The notes under the pieces were generated by a model. The model was not told the origin of the DNA. It did no database searches and saw only the letters and a program-made list of their open reading frames with translations. A program made the position numbers and the translations under genes. A DNA stretch of 60,860 nucleotides from Acidimicrobiia bacterium (lineage in GTDB: Bacteria; Actinomycetota; Acidimicrobiia; Spongiisociales; ZC4RG35): NCBI GenBank assembly GCA_046756405.1, contig JBHHWH010000003.1, forward strand, positions 1 through 60,860, given 5' to 3'. Below, in pieces: positions 54,617 through 60,860 of the stretch (position 1 is its first letter; every line of letters begins with the position of its first letter).

Positions 54617-55791
54617 TGGACACACCGAGAGTGCCCAGGACCGGTCTGCGTTTCACGGACCTGATCCTCGAATCATTGGTCGGGGTGGCGGCCCGGCCCG
54701 GACGTTTGGCGCTCACCGCCATCGGCATCGCGGTGGGGACCGCACTCCTGGTGGTCACGATCGGACTCAACGAGACAGGAGCAAATGCGGTCAGCTCAGC
54801 CTTCGCCGCCTATGAATCTCGTGAACTCCTGGTTAGGCCCGAAGACGGCCCGGACGAGCTGGTGTTCCCCGTCGACACCGACCACCGCTTAGGCTCGCTC
54901 AACGGTGTCGCCGCCGCGGGGGTCACCGCATCCGTGGGCCGGGAACGTACCACGGTCGAGGTCCTGCCCGGTCTCGTGACCAGCCGACGTTCGGTGCTGG
55001 CTGCCACCCCAGGAGCCGTGGCGATGGCGGGAGCCGAAGTTGAGGGGGCGTCGTTCAACCTCTTCCACGAGGTCGTCGCCGCCCGGGTGGCGATCGTCCC
55101 CTCCGAGCTGACCGGAAACTTCCCTCCCGGTTCGCTCCTCCACATCGACGGTCTCCCCTTCATCGTCGTCGGTGCTTTCGCCCCCGGTCAGGACTCACCA
55201 ATCACCACCGCCATAGTGGTCCCCTACCAGACCGCGGTACGCCTGTGGTCGGAGATCAGCGACGCCGAAGCACGACTCGATGCCGAGCCGGCGGCGATCG
55301 ACCAGCTCCGAACCGAGATCGGCCTCGCCCTCTTCCCCCACCGTCCGGAGAGCGTCACGGTGCTGACCCCTCCCCAAGCCGCCACCCTCCGCCGTCAGGT
55401 CGAAGGCACGCTGGGGACTCTCGGCTTCGCCCTCGGAGCCCTGGCACTGGCGATCGGTGTCGTCGCGGTGGGCAACTCCGTTCTGGTCAGCGTCCTGGAG
55501 CGGCGCTACGAGATCGGCGTGAGGAGAACCCTGGGAGCCAGCCGCCTTCATGTCGCAGGCCAATTCCTCCTCGAAAGCACCCTGCTCGGGTTTCTCGGCG
55601 GATCAACCGGCACGATTATCGGAGCGCTGGCGGTGATCACCCTCTCCGCAGGTCGGACCTGGACCCCGATACTCCCTCCGTGGACCCTCGCCGCAGGCGT
55701 CCTGGTCGGAGCCGCCGTTGGACTGCTTGCCGGGATCCTACCGGCGATGCGCGCCACCAGGATCGAACCCGTCGAGGTGTTGCGGGCATGA
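54613..55791 (+). CDS. FtsX/MacB-type ABC transporter permease
   Basis: It is 392 aa, with TM1, a large extracytoplasmic domain and then 3 TM helices. The FtsX-type block is GVRRTLGASRLHVAGQFLLES. It has an ATGA overlap with the ATPase gene. Confidence 0.85.
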   Translation: MMDTPRVPRTGLRFTDLILESLVGVAARPGRLALTAIGIAVGTALLVVTIGLNETGANAVSSAFAAYESRELLVRPEDGPDELVFPVDTDHRLGSLNGVAAAGVTASVGRERTTVEVLPGLVTSRRSVLAATPGAVAMAGAEVEGASFNLFHEVVAARVAIVPSELTGNFPPGSLLHIDGLPFIVVGAFAPGQDSPITTAIVVPYQTAVRLWSEISDAEARLDAEPAAIDQLRTEIGLALFPHRPESVTVLTPPQAATLRRQVEGTLGTLGFALGALALAIGVVAVGNSVLVSVLERRYEIGVRRTLGASRLHVAGQFLLESTLLGFLGGSTGTIIGALAVITLSAGRTWTPILPPWTLAAGVLVGAAVGLLAGILPAMRATRIEPVEVLRA

Positions 55792-56733
55792 GTGGTGGCC
55801 CACCAGCCGACCGCTACTCTCCCACTCGTGACCCGCTCAGCTCGCGCCGTCGGTGTCGCCACCTTCTCCGGCGACAAGCTCTTAGACGTCTGGTACCCCG
55901 ACCCCCGTTCCGCCGACACCGACCCCCTGGTGGCTCTGGAGGGCGTAGACCTGGCCCGGGGGGTGGAGCGGCGCATCATCGAGACCGCCATCGCCGATCT
56001 CTCCTCCCCGCCCGCCGACCCCGCCGACGCCTACCTCCGCCTCCACCTTCTCTCCCACCGGATCCACCGGCCCAACGAGCTGAACGTCACTGGCATCTTC
56101 GGAATCCTCAACACGGTGGTGTGGACCTCAGAAGGGCCCTGCGATCCGGAAGGGTTCACCGCCACCCGGGCCCGGCTGACGGCCGAAGGACGCCGCCCCC
56201 AGGTGACTTCGGTGGACAAGTTCCCCCGTATGACCGACTACGTGATCCCTGCCGGAGTGCGGATCGCCGACGCCGACCGGGTTCGTCTCGGCGCCTACCT
56301 GGGCGAAGGCTCCGTGGTCATGCACGAGGGCTTCGTCAACTTCAACGCCGGCACCCTGGGGAAGTCGATGGTGGAAGGCCGGATCTCGGCCGGGGTAGTG
56401 GTGGGAGACGGCTCCGACATTGGTGGTGGCGCCTCGATCATGGGCACCCTTTCAGGGGGCGGTACCGAGGTGATCCGCATCGGCGAGCGCTGTCTGCTCG
56501 GCGCCAACTCGGGAGTCGGGATCTCGTTGGGTGACGACTGCATCGTCGAAGCGGGACTGTATGTCACCGCCGGAACGGTGGTCACCCTCCCCGATGGGGA
56601 GACGGTCAAGGCCCGAGAGCTGTCGGGCATGGACAACCTGTTGTTCCGCCGTCATTCGGTGACGGGACGCGTGGAAGCCCTTCCCCGCACCGGGGATTGG
56701 GGCGGGCTCAACCCCGAGCTGCACCGGGCCTGA
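55792..56733 (+). CDS. dapD: 2,3,4,5-tetrahydropyridine-2,6-dicarboxylate N-succinyltransferase, actinobacterial type
   Basis: It is colinear with my recollection of M. tuberculosis DapD. Shared blocks are DAYLRLHLLSHR, VDKFPRMTDYV, GVRIADADRVRLGA, MHEGFVNFNAGTLG and SMVEGRISAGVVVGDGSDIGGGASIMGTLSGGG. The GTG start immediately follows the permease stop. Confidence 0.93.
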   Translation: MVAHQPTATLPLVTRSARAVGVATFSGDKLLDVWYPDPRSADTDPLVALEGVDLARGVERRIIETAIADLSSPPADPADAYLRLHLLSHRIHRPNELNVTGIFGILNTVVWTSEGPCDPEGFTATRARLTAEGRRPQVTSVDKFPRMTDYVIPAGVRIADADRVRLGAYLGEGSVVMHEGFVNFNAGTLGKSMVEGRISAGVVVGDGSDIGGGASIMGTLSGGGTEVIRIGERCLLGANSGVGISLGDDCIVEAGLYVTAGTVVTLPDGETVKARELSGMDNLLFRRHSVTGRVEALPRTGDWGGLNPELHRA

Positions 56734-56770
56734 TCTCAAAGCCTACGGCGGCCACTACCGTCTCTGCCCG

Positions 56771-57160
56771 ATGCCCTACCGCCTCATCTACCTCGGCCTG
56801 GGGCTGGTCGCCATAGCCGCCATCGCCCTGGGAATTCTCCTCACCCCCGAGGGCGAGGAAGTGGTCCTCCCCGACGTGATCGAGTCGATCTCCCCCCTAC
56901 CGGGTGATCTGGTCCTCCCCCAGGCGAGCCTGGTGATCGACCTCCCCGTCGGCTACAAGGCGGAGATCTGGGTGGACGGCTGGCCGATCAGCGACGCCAC
57001 CTTCTTCGAGGCCACCGGCGTCTACCGCTGGGCGCCCCGCCCGTCCCATCCGGTCTTCCAGACTTGGACTCCTGGACCTCACACCGTGCGCATCGTATGG
57101 GACACCTACACCGGCCTTCCCGACCCGGGAAGCTTCGAGTGGACCTTCCGAGTCGGCTAG
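56771..57160 (+). CDS. membrane-anchored hypothetical protein (possible Ig/CopC-like beta-sandwich ectodomain)
   Basis: It is 129 aa with one N-terminal TM helix (LIYLGLGLVAIAAIALGILL). The pattern SPLPGDLVLPQASLVIDL...PGPHTVRIVWD...GSFEWTFRV suggests a beta-sandwich, but no metal ligands are evident. Confidence 0.45.
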   Translation: MPYRLIYLGLGLVAIAAIALGILLTPEGEEVVLPDVIESISPLPGDLVLPQASLVIDLPVGYKAEIWVDGWPISDATFFEATGVYRWAPRPSHPVFQTWTPGPHTVRIVWDTYTGLPDPGSFEWTFRVG

Positions 57161-58917
57161 TCGTTCCCCCACATTTGGCCGAACACCTCGGAGCGTTCCA
57201 TCAGCTCTTCGGCGGTGCCCCGTGCCACCACCCTGCCTTCGTCCATGACCACCACCAGGCCAGCCCGAACCAGGGCAGGGCGCCGGTGAGAGACGGCGAG
57301 GACAGTGGTGGTGGGGTCTCGGGAGAACAGCCCCTCCCACAACTCCGCCTCCGTCTCCACATCCAGGGCGGAGGACAGGTCATCGAAGACCAGCAGCTCC
57401 GGGTTGCGGACCAGCATCCGAGCCGCCGCGGTGCGCTGGATCTGCCCACCGGAGAGGCGGACTCCCCGGGGACCGACCATGGTGTCGAATCCGTCGGCCA
57501 TGGCGGCGACGTCCCGGCCCAGGGTCACCGTCTCCACCACCTGGCGGAGGGTCTCCTCGTCGGCGTCGTGGCCCAGCAGCAGGTTGTCACGAAGGGTCAT
57601 GGAGAACAGCCGTGGGGTCTGCGGGGTGTAGGCGGCGCGGGGCGGGACCATGAACGCCGCCGGGTCCTCCACCATGGCCCCCTTCCAGCGGATCTCACCG
57701 GCATCGGCGGGCACCAGGCCCAGGATGGCCCGCAGGAGGGTGCTCTTCCCAGAGCCGATCTTGCCGGTCACCACCACGAAGCTGCCCGCGGGAACGTCCA
57801 GGTCTACGCCGGAGATGCCCATCCCCGACGATGGGTAGCGGTAGGTGAGACCCCGCACCGAAAGCAGCGGGGCCGACTTCTCGGCGGGTAGTTCAGGGTG
57901 GTGGGCCACATCCAGTTCTGACTCCAGGTCGATCCGGGCGGTGAGGTCCCGCCAGCGGGCCCCGCGCATCAGTCCCACCATGCGCTCGACAGATACTTCC
58001 GCCTGGCGGAGACGGGCGATGTACATGCCGATGATCCACGCCGCCTCGGTGACCAGGCCCAGGAGGTAGACGAACAGGCTGAACTCACCGACGGTGAGCC
58101 CGCCTGCTCCCAGGTTATCCACGGCGAGGATCAGGATCAGCCCGGTGCCGATGCTGACCGTGTTGTGAAAGACCGCCTCCAGGGCGGCGGAGAAGGTTCG
58201 GTCTCGCACCATCATCTTCTTCCGGTGGTCGTTCAGCTCGGTGAAGTGGTTCACCATGGGGCCTTCGGCGTCGGCCACTTTCACCGACTGCACCGAGGAG
58301 AGGGTCTCTCCGAGGAAACCGGTGATGGCCTCCGTGGCATCCCGGGCCTCCTTCCGGTACCGGCGGATGCGAGCGCTGAGCCGGCTGGCGATTGCGATCA
58401 CAGCAACGATCGGGGTGAACACGATGGCGGTGATCCGGGCGTCGACACCCGCCAGCACCGTCAGCGCCACAGAAGCTGAGACGAGCGCCCCGACCACGTC
58501 GACGGTGAAGTCGTAGGCCTCGACGGTGTGGTTGACGTCGTCGCGGAACCGGCTCACCACCTCACCGGGGGTCTCGGTGACCGGCTGGGCTCCAGGGAGG
58601 GTGTAGATCCAGCGGAGCATGGACCGCCGCATCCCCGATGAAGCGCGGAACAGCAAGGAGCTGTGGGTCCGCAGTGCCAGCAGGAGCACGGCGATGCGGG
58701 CCAGCACATAACCCCAGACGGCGGCGACCAGGGTGGAGAGGTTCCATCCCGGCGCGTCGCCGGTGAGGCTGTCAAAGAAGTTGGCCGCGATCACCCCCAC
58801 GATCAGGGGCATCGTCCAGATGGTGATCCAGAGGAGGGCGCTGCCCAGGTAGCGGCGAGGAGAGTTGGCGATCAGTCGGGCGATCACCCGACTTGTGGGG
58901 ATACGACCGGGTTTCAT
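57157..58917 (-). CDS. ABC exporter, fused permease/ATPase half-transporter (second of a heterodimeric pair)
   Basis: It has a six-TM N-terminal half. Motifs are Walker A GKIGSGKSTLLRA, signature LSGGQIQRTAAARM and Walker B LLVFDDLSSALD. It has an ATGA overlap with the upstream partner. Confidence 0.9.
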   Translation of the reverse strand: MKPGRIPTSRVIARLIANSPRRYLGSALLWITIWTMPLIVGVIAANFFDSLTGDAPGWNLSTLVAAVWGYVLARIAVLLLALRTHSSLLFRASSGMRRSMLRWIYTLPGAQPVTETPGEVVSRFRDDVNHTVEAYDFTVDVVGALVSASVALTVLAGVDARITAIVFTPIVAVIAIASRLSARIRRYRKEARDATEAITGFLGETLSSVQSVKVADAEGPMVNHFTELNDHRKKMMVRDRTFSAALEAVFHNTVSIGTGLILILAVDNLGAGGLTVGEFSLFVYLLGLVTEAAWIIGMYIARLRQAEVSVERMVGLMRGARWRDLTARIDLESELDVAHHPELPAEKSAPLLSVRGLTYRYPSSGMGISGVDLDVPAGSFVVVTGKIGSGKSTLLRAILGLVPADAGEIRWKGAMVEDPAAFMVPPRAAYTPQTPRLFSMTLRDNLLLGHDADEETLRQVVETVTLGRDVAAMADGFDTMVGPRGVRLSGGQIQRTAAARMLVRNPELLVFDDLSSALDVETEAELWEGLFSRDPTTTVLAVSHRRPALVRAGLVVVMDEGRVVARGTAEELMERSEVFGQMWGND

Positions 58918-60668
58918 GCCAGCACCTCCTCCATGCCCGCAGCCAGCAGTCGGGCGAACCGGGAGTTCTCATCGGAGGCGAGGACAAGCCGCTCCCCGAA
59001 CTCGACGATCCTTCCGTCTTCGAGGACCACGATGTCGTCGCAGCGAGTCACCGTGTGCAGGCGGTGGGCGATGATGAGACCGGTCCGGTCTTCCAGGAGG
59101 TGGTCGACGGCACGCTCGATGAGCTCCTCGGTGGCCGGGTCAAGGCGGGACGACGCCTCATCGAGCACTACTACGCCGGGGTCGGCGAGGAAGATGCGGC
59201 AGAAGGCGAGGAGCTGTCCCTGGCCGGCGGAGAGACCGCCACTTCCCGACTCCAACAGGGTGTCAAGGCCCTCGGGCATCGAGTCCAGCCACTCTCCCAG
59301 CTCAAGACGTTCGATCACGTCATACAGGCGGTCGTCTTCGGTGCTGGGATCGAAGAAAGTCAGGTTGTCGCGGATGGAAGCCCGAAAGAGCTGAACATCC
59401 TGGGTGACCATGCCCACACGGGCCCGCAGTGCCTCGAGGGGGGTGTCCCAGGTGGCGACTCCGCCGATGCGTATCTCACCCTGCTGGGGCTCGTAGAGCC
59501 GAGTGAGGAGACGGGCAATGGTGGTTTTGCCGGAGCCGGTGCGGCCGAGGAGGCCCACCACTCGCCCGGGGGCGATGGACAGGGAGACGTCGTGGAGCAC
59601 GGGCTCACCCAGCCCCTCGGCGTCGTCATAGCGGAAGGAGACATGGTCGAACTCCACCGATAGCGGCCCTTGGGGCAGAGGGCGATCCCCGGAGGGCCGG
59701 AGCTTGTTCTCGGTGGCCAGCAGCTCCTCGATCCTGGCGATGGCCGCGCCCGCCCGCTGGAGGTCTTCGAGCTGGCGCCGGATCTGCTCGATCGGCCGTC
59801 GCGTCATCTCCGTGTAGTGGAAGACCAGGTAGGCGGCGCCGATGGTGAGGGCGCCGATCCCGAATAGGTAGGAGCCGGCAACGAAGACGATGGTCGTCGA
59901 CAGTCCGAACAGGACCACGTTGGTCGCCCAAAGTAGGCCGAACCCCATCCAGCCCCGGATCTCCAGAGGCAACCAGCGACGAAGCATGTCAGCGAAGCGC
60001 TCCTGCATGTATCCGGCGGCACCGTTGGAAACGATGTCCTCGGTGCCCTCCACCTGCTCACCTACGAAGCCGTAGGTTTCGGCGGCGGCGCGGCGGACGG
60101 CTTTCCACCAGGGCACCGCCACCTGATGAAGTCGACTCATCGCCAACAGGGAGATCACCGCGAAGATGGAGATGGCCACGCCGATCAGCCAGCTCTCCCT
60201 GATGAGGAGGATCAGGATCCCTACGATCAGGGCACCGTTTCCGATCACCTTGATGGTCATGGCCGAGAAGAAGTTGGAGAGGTTGGTGACGTCCCCGTCG
60301 ATGCGCTCGATCAGCTCACCTGGCGAGTGCTGTTTGTGAAAGCCCAGGTCGAGACGGACGACGTGGTCTGTCAGCTCGGCGCGGAGGGCATTGGTGGCAC
60401 TCCACCCCACATCCTCGGCAAGGTAGGTGGACCATACGGCCATACCTTGCTGGGCCAAGGCGATGACGATGAACCACCCTGCGATGGGGATCAGCCTCTC
60501 CGAACCGGCGCCCTCCACCGCCCCGTCGATGAAAACCTTGATGAGCTGGGGGTTGAGGAGACGTAAGACGATGTCTCCGCCGAGGACAACACCGAGTAGG
60601 CCCACGCGTTTGCGCATGGGCCGCAGGTATCGGCTGAGCAGCCTCAAATATCGGCGTACAGGGATCAT
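58914..60668 (-). CDS. ABC exporter, fused permease/ATPase half-transporter (first of a heterodimeric pair)
   Basis: It has a six-TM N-terminal half. Motifs are Walker A GRTGSGKTTIARL, signature LSAGQGQLLAFCRI and Walker B VVVLDEASSRLD. Confidence 0.9.
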   Translation of the reverse strand: MIPVRRYLRLLSRYLRPMRKRVGLLGVVLGGDIVLRLLNPQLIKVFIDGAVEGAGSERLIPIAGWFIVIALAQQGMAVWSTYLAEDVGWSATNALRAELTDHVVRLDLGFHKQHSPGELIERIDGDVTNLSNFFSAMTIKVIGNGALIVGILILLIRESWLIGVAISIFAVISLLAMSRLHQVAVPWWKAVRRAAAETYGFVGEQVEGTEDIVSNGAAGYMQERFADMLRRWLPLEIRGWMGFGLLWATNVVLFGLSTTIVFVAGSYLFGIGALTIGAAYLVFHYTEMTRRPIEQIRRQLEDLQRAGAAIARIEELLATENKLRPSGDRPLPQGPLSVEFDHVSFRYDDAEGLGEPVLHDVSLSIAPGRVVGLLGRTGSGKTTIARLLTRLYEPQQGEIRIGGVATWDTPLEALRARVGMVTQDVQLFRASIRDNLTFFDPSTEDDRLYDVIERLELGEWLDSMPEGLDTLLESGSGGLSAGQGQLLAFCRIFLADPGVVVLDEASSRLDPATEELIERAVDHLLEDRTGLIIAHRLHTVTRCDDIVVLEDGRIVEFGERLVLASDENSRFARLLAAGMEEVLA

Positions 60669-60860
60669 CGTTTTGTCACCAGTTCAGGGCACGCGGCAGG
60701 ACAGCAAGAGAGGAGCGGACCGAGCCCGTGGCGACGTTAACCCAATGGGGATGTTGAACGCGGAGGGTTTATTGGCGGAGGTGGCCCCTCTGCCGGGAGT
60801 GGCCCCCTAGGGCGGGTGTTCGGTGGTGTAGACGTGTCCTAGGGGGCTGGTCCATTGGTA

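Noticed and set aside
1-60860. Scan for tRNA, rRNA, tmRNA, prophage or integrase genes.
   Set aside because: By eye, none of the intergenic gaps (all under 550 bp) shows T-loop/acceptor-like tRNA features or rRNA-like sequence. No integrase or phage structural motifs appeared in any frame. A tRNAscan/Infernal run would be the definitive check.

Overview
High-GC (about 65-72%) actinobacterial-type chromosomal segment, shown by an actinobacterial-style dapD, gatCAB and many ATGA/GTGA start-stop overlaps. An Acidimicrobiia-like origin is only a guess. I support about 58 protein-coding genes, one glycine riboswitch, one in-frame-stop pseudogene and two classes of repeat. I recognised no rRNA, tRNA, CRISPR array, integrase or intact IS element. 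Most of the window is housekeeping: gcvP, ychF, gpsA, aspartate aminotransferase, pyk, gatCAB, dapE, dapD, transporters and a PAS histidine kinase. Four regions stand out. (1) 6.8-13.0 kb holds an archaeal-order herA-mre11-rad50-nurA operon, with a deviant Walker A in the HerA-like ATPase and a CPVC zinc hook in a short Rad50. (2) 26.2-28.9 kb holds a translationally coupled pair of P-loop GTPases. (3) 28.9-35.2 kb holds a homoprotocatechuate meta-cleavage core fused to a PLP aromatic decarboxylase, an acetoacetate-decarboxylase-like protein and a gamma-glutamyl hydrolase. (4) 46.5-55.8 kb, the most interesting, is a lower-GC block of about 9.3 kb that splits the divergent dapE/dapD pair. It carries an ECF sigma module, secreted proteins, a tandemly duplicated cassette (small Cys-containing secreted protein plus lipoprotein) and a peptidoglycan-binding adaptor with a MacB/FtsX-type ABC exporter. 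In the duplicated cassette the 3' ends are near-identical but the bodies are diverged, and one copy is interrupted by an in-frame TGA. All family assignments come from motif recognition by eye and none has been checked against a database.
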